A DNA stretch of 63,135 bases, filler included, from Octopus bimaculoides (taxonomy: Eukaryota), in the NCBI RefSeq assembly GCF_001194135.2. It is 4 parts of 4 records of this genome, joined end to end, with 100 filler letters (N's around TTAATTAATTAA, not from the genome) between each part and the next. Parts side by side here need not be neighbours in the genome. Positions count along the whole stretch, not along the records: positions 21,460 to 37,127 come from NC_069004.1; positions 37,228 to 61,487 come from NC_068986.1; 2 more parts are not named here. One strand, written 5' to 3'. The notes under the pieces are model-generated. The model saw nothing but the letters and a program-made list of their open reading frames with translations, did no database searches and was not told the origin of the DNA. Position 1 is the stretch's first letter, and each line of letters opens with the position of its first letter. Positions 23,901-38,174 of the stretch are shown here, one piece after another. Position numbers and translations under genes: made by a program.

Positions 23901-24379
23901 TATATATTTTTTAATTATTTTTATAATTTGTATATATTTATTTCATTATAAATACAAAACAACATCATACACTCGCCTGCAGTTTCGTTTTCTATACAGT
24001 ATGTGCGATTCTTTGTTTACTCATCTACGAGTAAAATAGTACTCGAATACCGGAGGTAGAGTAACATGCATATTTATATGTAGGTCTATATGTATGTATA
24101 TACAAAAAGACAAAAGAGATGAAATCATTCATTTCCTTGCTGTATGCGGGGAAGGAGTTAGGAACCGCTATTTGAAATCACTTTTATTACATCATTAATA
24201 CAATTTAGAAGGTCATGATAACCCCAGCATTCCCTCTCTCTGTCCATCGAAACAAGATAACCTGCCCTACATCGCCACTCGACCGGCTCGAAATGATAGT
24301 CAAATCACTCTCATTCGCACTTGATATGCAAGATGATTAGAAGGTCTCGGCTAGAATCAATTAGATTTTATATTTCCTC

Positions 24380-24535
24380 TATCAGTTCAAAGATCAATCG
24401 ACGGCGGACATTACACGATGGCGTGAAGACAAACAACGTTACATCGAATGGATGTGCAAGAGAGTTATCCGACCGAAACCTTTGGCGGAAGCTTGCCATC
24501 GAATGTGTTGAGCAGTGCAGAACGACCAAAACCTA
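24380..24535 (+). mobile_element. Possible LINE (RTE-like) 3' end fragment
   Basis: RRTLHDGVKT...DRNLWRKLAIEC resembles LINE C-termini. Confidence 0.3.
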
Positions 24536-25224
24536 AAGAAGCTCCTCTCTCAGAACCGACCTGGTGCTAATCAACAACATTGAAGTATTGGTTCTTTTGT
24601 AAATCCAAGGTATTTTCTATGGTGAAAGCACAGCATTATTTTATTTTATTGTAAAGATGTTAGAATTGACAAATTAATCAAAGTAACAAGAGAGAGGATT
24701 TTTACAGCAACTAATTATATGACTAGCATCCCGCCAACATCGATCAGATATATATCACAACTCTAGCACTCATCGATATAATCGATTTTAACAGACCTTA
24801 CTAGAAAAGGATCTGTGTGCTATAGACAAAAATCAGAAATTATAGAGTATGTGTTGAAGATGGGAAAAAACTATTTTCTGATATGTGGGATTTGTTTTGT
24901 TTTTTTTCTTTCTAATATTGCGTAAAATACTGGGTGAAGTTACACAGAAAATCGTGGTACGAGAAAATGATGTCCGAGAAATGCTGGAGATGCATGTTCG
25001 CGTCCTGTCTGGTAAATACTCGAATTTGTAAAATAATGTTCTTTGGAAATGTATTATGTATGAGGTGAAGACGGTGAGATGAAAGAATCGTTAGTATGTC
25101 GGACAAAATGCGTAGCTGCATCTCATCCTTCTTAACGTTCTGAGGTCGAATTTCTTCCGAGGTCGAATTGCCTTTCATAATTTCGGGTCTGCATTAAAAT
25201 AAGTACCAGTTAAGTACTGGGGTC

Positions 25225-27030
25225 CTCTTAATAGTAACTACCACCTTAATAGGGAGAAAGAAATTGGTTTGTAATTGTCATCAGCATTTCTCTTTGATGC
25301 CTCCTTCAGACATAATACCATTCGTCCTTTCGTCAACCAGCCCGGGATTTCTTCTTCTCCATCGATCCATGCATTAAATTGCTCCGCGATCAATTTATGG
25401 CAACTACTGACCCCTTTTTTTTTCTCAAAATCCCTGTACACCCTCAGGTCCTACTGCTTTCCAATTGCTTATCTTTTTACTCATATTTCTGATTCTGTCT
25501 TCTGTGAAGTGGATAACCTCTTGCTGGGGATAAGAAGCTGTTTGCTCCGGGCTGTAGAACCATTCAGCTGTAGTATTATGTTGTTCTTGCTTACTCCATA
25601 TCAAGCCCCATAAAAGTCGACTTTCATCAGTATCAGGGACTAATCTTTTACATTTTTTTATCATCATTAATCTCTTTTTAAAAAGTTTCTTTGGGGGGTT
25701 CTAAATTTCTTTTGCTGACATTGCTTAATCCGTTGTTCAAACCTGGTTAGCTTTGCTTTTTTGCCTGTATGCGCTGTTTCAGTTCTTCAATTACAACATT
25801 CAGGCCTTTTGTATCTACATCATACTTCTTCCTGACATTTTCGAATTTCCATTCATTCTTCAATTCTCGTTTCTTTTCCTGACAAGTATTGACACTACAC
25901 TGTTCAATGAGTTTATATCTTTATAAATTCTCCTTTTCCACCACGACTGTTTCTTTCTTCTTCTATCCTTCGCTGTTCTATTCTCAGTAGTTTTCTATCC
26001 CATCCTTTCCGCCACAATCCAAATAGCAGCCTTGATAAGATTATTTATTTGTGTGATGTTCTTTGTTTCAATGTGTCTCCATACTTCACTTGTCTCTCGA
26101 TTTAGTCTCCATTGGTTAGCCTTCTTAAACTGGTACATAAATTCTGTCCCTTCTGTATTTAACAGAGCCAAAATTCTGTTTATTATTAATCGATCTTCAT
26201 TGTTTGAGTAGTCACTGATCTCATTTCTTTCACAATTCACGATATTATATTCTTACGAACAAGTGTCCATTTCTTCCTCTATACCACTTTCGTTTCTCAC
26301 ATGCCCAATATCACTCTATATCCTTCTTTTAATAGATTTTACCTCCAGTTCTGTTAACCCTCCATTCTTTCATATTGCTCCTGCTTGGTCACATAATCTC
26401 AGTTCAGTAATTTCAAACCATTCCATTGTTTTCCATTCACTGTGCATTCGTTTTCTGTACCCTCTAACATGCACGCCATTCACATCCAATGGGGTGCTCC
26501 GGTAGTAAACACTCCATAACCATCAAGTTTACTTGTTACTCCACTTATGTCTTGTAGCATGGCTAGCAGTTGCTGAATTACGACCGGACCCATCCTGTTG
26601 CACAGTGGGGCCCCTGCCGGGTGCGGCACCTTCACCATTGGTTCCAGTCCCGTTCACACCATTATCGTCATTTACTTTGATAAGCGTTTTCATTCACAAA
26701 TGAGGTGTATTTTTAGATTACTACCAACCGGTATTTTTATCGAGAGACCATCTCTATCAAGGTAGTCCGTCAAGGTGGCAGGGGCCTTGCTCCTCTGATT
26801 TTGAACTCAGAGTGTTCTAGTCTGCTTACCATACAAGGCTAACGAGTACAGCCTACCTGGAGCACTGGCTATTTGAAGGCGCCAGATACTCGCCTTTTCC
26901 CACTCTTCTTCTGTTGGTTTGGCGAAGGAGTAGGGCTTGACTGTCAGAAGACAGGTCTTGCGCAGGCCATTGGGGCATTTTATAATGATGGGCGATCAAC
27001 ATCCCTCACCACCCCGGTATTGACAGAAAT
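25225..27030 (-). mobile_element. R4/Dong-like RLE non-LTR retrotransposon, 5' half (5' UTR, N-terminus, start of RT), decayed
   Basis: ATG at 26693. Motifs GYRKRMHSEW..EITELRLCDQ, ESRLLWGLIW..HNTTAEW, NWKAVGPEGVQGF and IPGWLTKGRMVLCLKEASKRNADDNYKPIS. Abuts (ATT)n at 27066-27123. Confidence 0.85.
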
Positions 27031-27064
27031 TTTTAAAAAATAAATTAATAAAAATAAAAATAAA

Positions 27065-27124
<60 letters not shown>

Positions 27125-28092
27125 GTCGTCACTATTTGAGCACTGGGGATGATGTAAGTAGTGACTTATCTGTCTTCGGAAATTTGCTGGTTTGTACGAA
27201 AAGGCAAATCATTACATTAGAGACGCTACGCTATACAACTCCTATCGTGTTTCTGCGACGTAATAACGATTTAGTTTTCAGTTTAGAAGCCAAATCGGGG
27301 TATTTACACTATTGTGCAATGAAAGATTTTTATCTGAGGGTTTTTATTCAACATTAAGCTGCAAGTAACAACACAACACTTAATAACAATAGAACAAGCA
27401 GCAGACAAATGACTCGATTCGTACGACAACACACAGCAAAACTTCTTAAATACTAGTTAATGACTCCATCTCCAGTAATCACCAGACCACATGTAACGTT
27501 AGTCAATAGATGAAGCGCTAAAGGCGAATCTGAGTTTTCTTTTATAACTGAATTATTCAATTTAAACCATTGTTCTGGTTCGTTCATTTCTTGAAATATT
27601 TAAGAAATACTTTCGAGTTAGTAATAAAGAATTTACTGTTTCTGTCTACACAGCTTGTATTAAAACATTTGCACAACAGTCTTCCGTTTCTGAAAAATTT
27701 CTTCTTTTTTTTCCCCGATTCACAAGTTCAAATAGATTTGAAACCCACAAGAACCACCCTGGGATTCAGAATAAGAGAACTGGGTGCAGTTGTTTAGATG
27801 CTGACGATTTGGCACAGCTGGTCAGATATTCAGGCTGTTTTGGAGACAGTAATGTTGGCGCCGGAGGCAAATACACAAGCGATCAAAAATATACACATGC
27901 AGTTACAAAGAATGAAAGAGGGAGAGAGAGAGAACGAAAGAGATAGGAAACGAAAGAGAGAGAGAGAGAAAGAGTGGAAAAAAAGACAGAGACAGAGAGA
28001 GAGAGGGAGAGAGAGAGAGAGAGATTAAATGAGAGATTATAATTTATTAATTTACTCTTTTACTTATTTCAGTCAATCCGACTGAGAGTGTA

Positions 28093-28312
28093 TGGCGGCG
28101 AGCGGGCAGAGACGTTAAGCACGCCGGGCGATATGCTTGGCGGTAATTCGTCTGCCGTTACGTTCTGAGTTCAAATTCCACCGTCGTCGACTTTGCCTTT
28201 CATCCTTTCGGGATTGATAAATTATGTACCAGTTGTGTACTGGGGTCGATATAATTGACTGGACCCCTCTCCGAATTTTTTGGGCCTTGCGCCTAGAACA
28301 GAAAAGAATATT
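28093..28312 (+). mobile_element. SINE-B, CpG-rich near-consensus copy
   Basis: ggcggcgagcgggcagagacgttaagcacgccgggcg...gtcgactttgcctttcatcctttcggg...gggccttgcgcctaga. Confidence 0.9.
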
Positions 28313-29454
28313 TTGAGATTGTGTTCAAGTCTGTTGTTTGATGACAGTTCGTATTGGCAGTAAATGTGTAGCAGACACAGTAATTTCTTTGCTGTTTGGT
28401 ACCGAGTCTGAGCACTGCGAGGGTTTCCTTGTAAGGTTTACACCTCATCGACTAAAAGAATCGTTCGGGTCACACAGATATGACATTTCTGTTCCAGGGT
28501 TACACAACCTCTCGAATATTGAGGCGTTTCTAGAAACACAACAAGAATAATTCAGAAATTGTTTTCAGGAAGTAGAGTGGTTACAGTTGATTGCAATACA
28601 CAACAACGACCACAGTGAGTTGAGATTCACAGTTTATGAACCCTGCACAGTCTATCAAACTTGAATAAGCCAACCCATGTAGCGTAAAAGACCGCGTGAT
28701 TGATGACCAAATAACTTCATCAAATCTTTCCCTTACGTATTATCTTGAAAATTATAACCAGTAATTCTACCACATGAAATTCCATTGTCTGTAAAAAAAA
28801 TTAATTCACTTTCCAACTTATAAAATTATCTTCACTACTAGAATGATTCCAAAAATAGGAAACCGCTGGTAACGGAAATGAATGTTTGTAGACGTAATCA
28901 TGTTTGTAGAAAAAAAACACAGGAAAAGTAACCCGTAGAGTTTATGATATTAAGAAAATATCGATTCTTGTTTATATTAGAAACAGTTCGTTTGAAGTGA
29001 GTGTCTAACTGTTCAGAAGGGTATGCAGCCTTTGTGAAATATAATCTGGTTGGTGAAAGTTTGGTTTGCGTTCTGTTCACGCTTAACACAAACCAGCCAC
29101 TTGTTGAACATCTTCGGAGAATGGTATGCGTTTAGATCTAAAAAAGAGATTCAAACGATTAACCTATGTAAAATACAGAACATTTGGTTTTAATCAGGAT
29201 CCACCAATATTCTTTTGAGTCGTCGGTCTCAATCTCTTATTCAAGAATTCCTTTACACATGCAGCTCCGACTCTGCTGCACATATTTCTGAGTTATCTGC
29301 GAATTACTGTGGATCGTATTTCAGCATCTTCTAATGCATTTCCCGAAGACTATTCCAGCCTCTCCCAAGAATCTCAAAGGCGAACACATCTTGAAAAATC
29401 AAACTGAACGAAGAAAATATATTTGCTTTATGGCGAAATATCTCTAAGGCTTCA

Positions 29455-29680
29455 GGTGTAGGAAAAGGTGTAACTGTGTGGTAAGAAGCTTGCTTCCAAA
29501 CCACATGGTTCTGGGTTCGGTCTCACTATGTGGTATCTTGGGCTAGTGTCTTCTAATATAGTCTCGAACAAACCAAAGCCTTGTGAGCGGAGTTGGTAGA
29601 CGGAAACTGAAAGAAACTCGTCGTATATATCTCTATGTGTGTGTCTTTTTGACTGTCTTCCCCCATTTGGTATCACGTGC

Positions 29681-29757
<77 letters not shown>

Positions 29758-30241
29758 TATGTACATATTATTGTTGTCCACGGAAAAAGAGTTGTATATC
29801 AAAGAACTTAACCTGGATTTGTTTTTATAAATATTCATTGGTGATATATCCCCATCAAATTACTAATGCTTATGTCACCTTATGCCGCAAAATCAACAAA
29901 CACCACTAACAACAAATGTAATAAGACAAAACGTCCTGAAATTAGATTAGTCATTAGCTTTGTAATGGCGTCTCCTTCGAATGGCCGACCCTAAATGAGA
30001 ATGACAAATGTCGTTTGTCTTATAGATTTTTATCATCTATCGTTTATTACTTTCAGTCATTGGACTACGGCCAGGCTGGTGTACTGTCTTGGAAAGATTT
30101 AGTCGAAGGAATTGGCCCCTGTGCTTAGTTTCTGAAACCTGGAAAATATTCTATCGTTTACGTTTTGCCGAACCGTAAGGTTGCGTGGACATAAACAAAG
30201 TAACATTGGTTGCCTAGCGGTGGTGGGTAACAAATACAAAG

Positions 30242-30296
<55 letters not shown>

Positions 30297-30403
30297 CTGG
30301 GTAATAACCTCAAAACGTATACGTCAAAGCTCGGGTACAGTTATCGGTTACCGTATGCCATCATACAGCAGGATTACTCCTTTTACTGTACCCAGTAAAA
30401 GAA

Positions 30404-30443
<40 letters not shown>

Positions 30444-30450
30444 GTATATA

Positions 30451-30483
<33 letters not shown>

Positions 30484-30730
30484 ATATATATATGTATGCA
30501 TGTATGTATGCATGTATATATATATATTTATGTATGTATATATATATATACATATATATACATACATATACGTGTGTGTGTGTGTGTGTGTATGCATATA
30601 GGTATGCATGTATGTACATATAAGAGACCGCTTTTTTAGTTTGCGTCTCCCACTTGCCCAGGGTGCCAAACAGTGGGACTGAACACGGGCCCATCTGGTT
30701 GGGTAGTAAACTTCTTACTAACTACACTGC
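29455..30730. mobile_element. SINE-A copies: head (+, 29455-29640) and a split copy (-, 30045-30250 tail; 30620-30730 head)
   Basis: Similarity to other SINE-A copies; microsatellite-expanded middles. Confidence 0.7.
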
Positions 30731-31097
30731 CATATACATATATTATTATGTGAATGAAAATCTTTATCTAGTTATCTCAATGCAAATTGCAAAACCGTTC
30801 TCGTATATCCTTCAGTATTGTCTTTTATCTTTTAACGCCAAAGACAGCAGAACATTAATGGTTTCTTTCATATGTCAAAGAAAAGAAATGAGAAAAATAA
30901 AGCAGCGAATATGAATGGACGGCCATTTTATGTACAGCCAATAATTGCCTGTCAACAAAATGTATTCCGGCGTGATGCGTACATTTTCAAGTTTCCCTTC
31001 AGATTATTTATATTTATGCAGGCAGACTTGATTTTGAAGTCTAGTTATATATGCATGTTTCCCCATGTCCTTTGTTTTGTGCTAGCTCTGCAGAAAT

Positions 31098-32155
31098 AAG
31101 AGAGTTGGATCATTGATGCCCTCGGACGGCGTGGTCGGACGCTGGACCGAGGGACCAGTTAAACTGCTCGGAGTCTAGTTTGATCCCGACCTCCGGGTTG
31201 ATAAGAACTAGGACGAGGTGGCGAACAGGGTGGCCAGTCTTACTCAGAAATGGACTGGAAGAAAGCTGCCTTGGAAGGTTCTAGCAGAAGTGGCGAATGC
31301 CTACATCGCCCGCGTTATCATTTACCTTCTGACCGTCGTGCTTTGTCCCGGTTACTGCTTGACCAGGTTGGAGCGTCTCTTATTTAAATTCTTGTTGAAG
31401 GGACGCGTTCCAATGGTCAGGCAGTCAGTCTGTTGCCAGCATCCTCTGAGTGGCAGATTAGGTATGATGTGGCTCCTAATGCGGAGACACGCGCTTAGGT
31501 TGCGCCACTTGCAACGATTTCTGGACGGTGAGCATGTGTATGGGCTCCGTTTGTGAGGCTCATCTTTCCGCAGCTCGTCTCCCTGACGGAGCTGGGTGAA
31601 GAAAAGACCGAGACTGGGGCCCTGCACCTAGAATATTGTCGGGTGCTCACAACCCTTTACCAGTCGGCCAATAGGATCGGTGGATGTTCCGCTTTAGAAA
31701 TTCATAGGGCATTAGTGACAGGGAAGTGCGACGACGTTCTCAGGGAGATTCTAAGCGCCGACGAGAACGATCTGGCTAGTCTGTTCCGGAGGACTTTCCA
31801 GTCGGAAACTAACATGGATAATTTCCAGATGTCCTTGGCCTGGCAGTGCTACCGGATATGGGGGGGGAGAGGCGCTACCGGTTCGAGTTAAACTCTACAG
31901 GCAGCCAGATGGTCCTGTCCGAGGTGTGTGCAGCGTGACGAAACCGGACTGCAGACCCTCGTTCAGCGTCCGGGAATTTCTGACTTGTGGGGTTACGCTG
32001 AACTGCTACTGTCACGTGTGGGATTGATCCGACTGTCGGCCGAGCCCGTAGTGATGATCGCACCGCCGTTCTCCTCAATCGGGCAGGCAAGGCAGTTTTC
32101 CTTTGCCCAGTGGCTGTAGCCAAAGAGGTTGTTTGTTGGACGTGGCTGAAACGCT
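31098..32155 (+). mobile_element. Tx1/L1-like LINE fragment (post-RT region to C-terminal CCHC), decayed
   Basis: VKLLGV*FDPDL..N*DEVANRVASLTQKWTGRKL..KVLAEVANAYIA..IIYLLTV..LERLLFKFLLKGRVPMVR..CCQHPLSGRLG, then CAA..ET..LVQRPG. Confidence 0.8.
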
Positions 32156-32214
32156 TTGTGCCTAGAGTAGAAAAGATTATTATTATGATTATTAATAACA
32201 ATAGTAATTGTCGT

Positions 32215-32217
32215 CCA

Positions 32218-32292
<75 letters not shown>

Positions 32293-32339
32293 TGTTGCTG
32301 CTGTTATTGTTATCATTAGTATTATTATTATTTTCATCG

Positions 32340-32419
<80 letters not shown>

Positions 32420-32425
32420 GTCCTC
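32215..32425. repeat. Compound (ATT)n then (ATC)n trinucleotide array
   Basis: Seen directly. Confidence 0.95.
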
Positions 32426-33314
32426 GTTATTCATACCATCTCTCCATTATACAACACAACCATTACATTACACAAATCGGACTATTTCCAAAGCAAAAAG
32501 CCATAAACGCACACAATATTCTTTATTTGTCCAATATTACGGACACAAAGTTGGATACACACAATATGGAAGGAAAAAAAAGAATTCGCTCCAGAGCCAA
32601 CACAATGCAGTACAGAATAACTCACGTGCATATAAGCTATTTACATAGAAAAAAATCTTACTGGTTGACCTGCCCTAACTGTTTGCCTGTTCACTGAGTA
32701 ATGCATTTTATACTATGAAATGTTTTAAACATAGCGTTTGATATGCAAATAAAGAAAAGTATTCCAGATCTAGAGTAGCAGCCATCCTTTTGTTGTTTGT
32801 ACAGAATGTGTATATTGGCACAAATGCATATGTCCTTTCGAATATGTAACTATACGTCAGGAAGTATACTATAAATACAGAATAGTTTGCAGGCAATGCT
32901 GTGTGGCTTAAGAAGTTCATTTCACAATAACGCGATTCTGTGTTCAATCCGAGCTCGCGGTAAGTGGGCTAATGTGTTCTTTTTTTTACTTTGATTGAGG
33001 CATTATCTTGTTAGTGTAATGTGGTAGACGGAAAACTGTATTAAAGCCCATCGTATAAAACACACATATACGCACACACATATCTATCTATTGATGTGTG
33101 TGTGTGTGTGTGAGGGGGTGAATGTCCAACGACAAGAATGAGTGTTCAATACAGCTTTGATGGATGGAATTTTTTTATTTTTCTTTTAAGGCTCCCATTG
33201 GTTTCATGTTAAGAAAAATATAAAAATATGTAAATAAGTTAAAAGTTGTTCAAGCCGATCATATAGAGGAATGGTGTTGGCATCCATAGAGACAAATATA
33301 TATATATATATATA

Positions 33315-33516
33315 TAGGGTTGGTGCATAATTATTGCGGCTTTTTTTTCAAGAAATTGTATTCAGCAAAAACAATGACAATATTCAACAAAAACATCTTT
33401 AAATGACGGTCTGCCCGTCCGCCAAGCAAATGGAAAACAGTAATTGAAGTAGATGGTGAATATGCTCCGGAATAATCATTTAAAGATGTTTTTGTTACAT
33501 GTTGCTTTAGTTGAAT
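33315..33516 (+). mobile_element. Mariner-derived MITE (left TIR, internal palindrome, transposase C-terminal remnant); right end in gap
   Basis: tagggttggtgcataattattgcgg TIR; caaaaacatctttaaatga / tcatttaaagatgtttttg arms; centre encodes SKWKTVIEVDGEYAPE*. Confidence 0.75.
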
Positions 33517-33923
33517 NNNNNNNNNNNNNNNNNNNNNNNNNNNNNNNNNNNNNNNNNNNNNNNNNNNNNNNNNNNNNNNNNNNNNNNNNNNNNNNNNNNN
33601 NNNNNNNNNNNNNNNNNNNNNNNNNNNNNNNNNNNNNNNNNNNNNNNNNNNNNNNNNNNNNNNNNNNNNNNNNNNNNNNNNNNNNNNNNNNNNNNNNNNN
33701 NNNNNNNNNNNNNNNNNNNNNNNNNNGGAGGAGGAGGAGGAGGAGGAGGAGGAGGAAGAGGGCTGAGAGCAGGTAGGACCGTCCGTTGTTGTTGTTGCTG
33801 TTGTTGGTGATGATGTTTACATCGTCGACGCTGTTTTTGTTTTCATTACTATTATTATTGCCACCACCACCATCATAATCATCATCATCATCACAAACAT
33901 CATAATTATCGCGATTATTATTA

Positions 33924-33959
<36 letters not shown>

Positions 33960-34191
33960 GACTGAATAGATTAGCCCTGTCGGCTGGCATGATATGCCAT
34001 TTATGACTAGACAACATCATCAGTTGAAGAAAAATGTCAGTTTTCCTTCCTCCATTTTCCCTAGAATTATCCGTCAAGATTTTTCTTTGTTAAGTATCTC
34101 ACTAATACATACATATATATGTGTGCGCGCGTGCGCGTGTGTGTGTGTATCCATATATATATATATTTATGTGTGCGTCTATATATATATG

Positions 34192-34242
<51 letters not shown>

Positions 34243-34624
34243 NNNNNNNNNNNNNNNNNNNNNNNNNNNNNNNNNNNNNNNNNNNNNNNNNNNNNNNNNN
34301 NNNNNNNNNNNNNNNNNNNNNNNNNNNNNNNNNNNNNNNNNNNNNNNNNNNNNNNNNNNNNNNNNNNNNNNNNNNNNNNNNNNNNNNNNNNNNNNNNNNN
34401 NNNNNNNNNNNNNNNNNNNNNNNNNNNNNNNNNNNNNNNNNNNNNNNNNNNNNNNNNNNNNNNNNNNNNNNNNNNNNNNNNNNNNNNNNNNNNNNNNNNN
34501 NNNNNNNNNNNNNNNNNNNNNNNNNNNNNNNNNNNNNNNNNNNNNNNNNNNNNNNNNNNNNNNNNNNNNNNNNNNNNNNNNNNNNNNNNNNNNNNNNNNN
34601 NNNNNNNNNNNNNNNNNNNNNNNN

Positions 34625-34670
<46 letters not shown>

Positions 34671-34686
34671 AATATATATATGTGTG

Positions 34687-34717
<31 letters not shown>

Positions 34718-35262
34718 AAGAAAATTTCACCAGCCATTGCAAGTAGTAATTAAGATAGTAAATATAATGTTATATCATACCATGAGATAACTAATATACT
34801 ATTTCATCTTTTATGACTTCAACAAATAAGAAGTGTAAATGATGCTGTAAAAAAAGACATAAATAATTTCTGTTCATAAATCCAACATGGACAAGTCTTA
34901 TAACATTCTTATAAAATTTATTACATAAGACTTAAATAAATAATTCTTATATAAGCCAAGATAGTGTTTGCTGTATTTTATTGTATATTTGTAGTTAAAC
35001 TTTCAATGTTAGACATGCCAAGTGTGACTGTGTCGTTAAGAAGCTCGCTTTGCAACCATCTGCTTACGTGTTCAGTCCCGCTGTTGCACGGCACTTGAAG
35101 CAGGGTTTTTTTTACCCCGCTCTATATCCGTTGAACCAACCTAAGTTTATTGAGTGAATTTTATTGGGAAAACAGAAGAGAAGCCTGTCGAATGTATGTA
35201 CGTTTGTATGCATGCTTTCCTGGAGGCCTTTTGGCTAATTCTTGCTTATTAGAAAGCGAAAT

Positions 35263-35688
35263 GACCCTCGTTACACGACGAATACAGTGAAATTTGGGTG
35301 TTAGAATCTGGTGCTTTGGGGATTCTTAAAATGTGATGGTTCGAGAAAGTTGGTGAAAATTGACGGTAACTTGAATAGTGCCTAATACATCCAGGTGCTG
35401 AAGTACAATTTGATACCAGACTTGGATGGTATCAAACGGAGCCCCATACCACAGACCGCGTGCAACACAACAGAGTCTGGCTGATGAAGGTGTTACCGTA
35501 TTGAAAGATTGGCCAGCTCAGAGCCCTCACTTAAATATCATCGAACAAATATGGACAGAACGAAAGAGAAGATTTCGTCAGAAGAATCTACGCAATCTTG
35601 AAGAGTTGCGGTAGCTCAGCCACAGAGAATGGCATCTCATGCCTGTGAAGCAATTACTCAAGACGAAGGAGGCCGCACGAAATATTAG
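35263..35688 (+). mobile_element. Tc1-like (DD34E) transposase catalytic-domain pseudogene fragment
   Basis: DPRYTTNTVKFG..VLWG..GSRKLVKIDGNLNS..YIQVL..NGAPYH..VTVLKDWPAQSPHLNIIEQIW..GGRTKY*. Confidence 0.85.
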
Positions 35689-35785
35689 CAATGTACAGTA
35701 AATTTTTGGAACGAACATTATGTAATAAATTTTCATTATAGACATTTTTCTGTTTATAAACACTGTATCTTGATTGGTTTACGCA

Positions 35786-36050
35786 GTTGAACGAGAGACC
35801 AACAAAACTCATTGAAGCACCAAAGATGAACTGAAGGCAAGAATTATGGCACTTAAACAAGGAGACCGTCCTGAAGAGTTGCAGGAGATTCTGAAGTCAT
35901 CTGGAGGCCGTGGTTGAAGTCAATGGCGATTATATTGAATAAATTTATTCTTTAGTATTTCAAGGTACTTTTGTGTAATTTTGATAAATATATCTGCTAA
36001 AATGAAACCTCAGGGATACCTTCATGTTTGCGTAATTTAGACGACAATTT
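35786..36050 (+). mobile_element. DD37D/maT-like transposase C-terminal fragment and 3' flank
   Basis: VERETNK..STKDELKARIMA..LNKETVLKSCRRF*SHLEAVVEVNGDYIE*. Confidence 0.7.
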
Positions 36051-36075
36051 ATTCGACGGAAGCTGAAAATATATA

Positions 36076-36131
<56 letters not shown>

Positions 36132-36462
36132 CAGTAAATCAAAAGTCCGAAAGAGAAGGTCACTCTAATTTATAGTGCTGCAGAGTATTTAGAGAAAGAT
36201 AGCTGTAGGTTCTAACGCGATGTTGTAAACTTAAGCGCATTATGGACGCGCAAAAGCCTGGCTCACCATATAGATCGGCCATAACTATCTTTCTCTAAAT
36301 ATGCATAAATATATGCATTTTTCACTGTCTCTCCTAATATATATATATATATTATATATATGTATGTATATGTATATGCGTACATGTAGATATATATACA
36401 TATATTTATATATGTATGTGTGTCTGTGTGTGTGCGCATGAACGCAAATACGTACATATACA

Positions 36463-36517
<55 letters not shown>

Positions 36518-38130
36518 ATTTATATGTGTATGTTTATATATATATATATATAGATAGATACATGTATGTATCTTTGTATATATTTATATATATATATATA
36601 TATACACACATGTATATATATATATATATATATACGTATGTATGCCAAATGCTTGTGGTTTGTTTCGTACATTTTATTACTTTTAATAATGTCAAATACT
36701 AGACCTTATATTAGTCTTCCATAATTCCATCGTGACGCCAATAATTGTTCTATGAATATTTAAATAAACATTGATTGGTTCTGTCAACTCTGGAACTACG
36801 CATAAATTGCTGCTTCATTGACACAAATAATGAAAATTCCGTTCCGAATATATCTTTTTATTTCATATAAATGACATCTGTATTATTCCCGTATTAGTCT
36901 TCTTTCTATCGTTGTTAATTCATCGATATCCGCGTTATATCTTGATTTCAACATCTCTAAACATACTCCATGCTATAATCGAATGCTTAAATTACGTCAT
37001 GAAATCGAGTACAAATATGTAATAAGTAGAATGTTCTCTACTATATAATGAGTTAGTTTCGAAAGAAAAAAAATGTCACAATAAATATTTAACACATTTG
37101 TCAAATATGCATTATATATATATATATNNNNNNNNNNNNNNNNNNNNNNNNNNNNNNNNNNNNNNNNNNNNTTAATTAATTAANNNNNNNNNNNNNNNNN
37201 NNNNNNNNNNNNNNNNNNNNNNNNNNNTATATATATATATATATATGTATACCCATATATATATGTATATGTATATATCTATATACACATATGTATACTT
37301 TACTTAAGATTACATTCACACATACACACACACACATGTAGCTAAATATCTCCTTTATCTATTTACTTTTGTGGATGATTGTTATTCAGTTTAAGCAACA
37401 CAAAAGACATTAAAAAGAACATGGAAAATTATGCTTGAAATTCTGAAAAGCAAAATTGACAAATTTACATGAATACAAAGACGAGAGCTGTAGTTTCATA
37501 AAAGAAGATACAAAGCATGTTATCTCAGTATTTATATGATTTCATCACAGAATCAACAGGAATAAAGAAATGTTTCTCGTGCTTATTTTCAATTTTATTT
37601 AAATACAAAAAATCAATAAAAATCTACCCAATTATTTTTTTTATTAAATCAGAGTTCTACTTTTTAAGTTGTATGCCTCAATATAAATATTGGGACATGT
37701 TCACCATATTACTTTAACACGTGAATAATCATCCTGAATATAGTGAAGACATTACTAGCTACAATTAAACCTGACATAGAATTAGAATTGTAAAAATAAT
37801 GAAAAATATTTCTGAGAATAATTCCATGCACATGTGTACACGCACGTTCATAGAACACGCACGCTCATAGCACAGGCGCACACAGACAGACACACAGACA
37901 CACAGACACACGCATTAATATTTGTTTATATATATTATATATATTAAAATAAGCTATCGATTTATCTGAGTAGAAAATTACATCAACCTTTTACTTGATG
38001 CTGTGTTATAATGAATCGAACTTTTGTTAAGAAACTGAAATCTCACGAAATCGCTTTGAAATATCTATGTGTCTGTCTAGCTACGTATGTATGTATGTAT
38101 GTATGTATGTATGTATGTATGCATGTATGT

Positions 38131-38174
<44 letters not shown>

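Noticed and set aside
27770-27835. LDADDL RT-like motif, and a CR1-like stretch near 29240-29330
   Set aside because: Too short and degraded to assign a family.
28093-28170. tRNA genes at SINE heads
   Set aside because: Only tRNA-derived heads that continue into SINE bodies; no complete cloverleaf.
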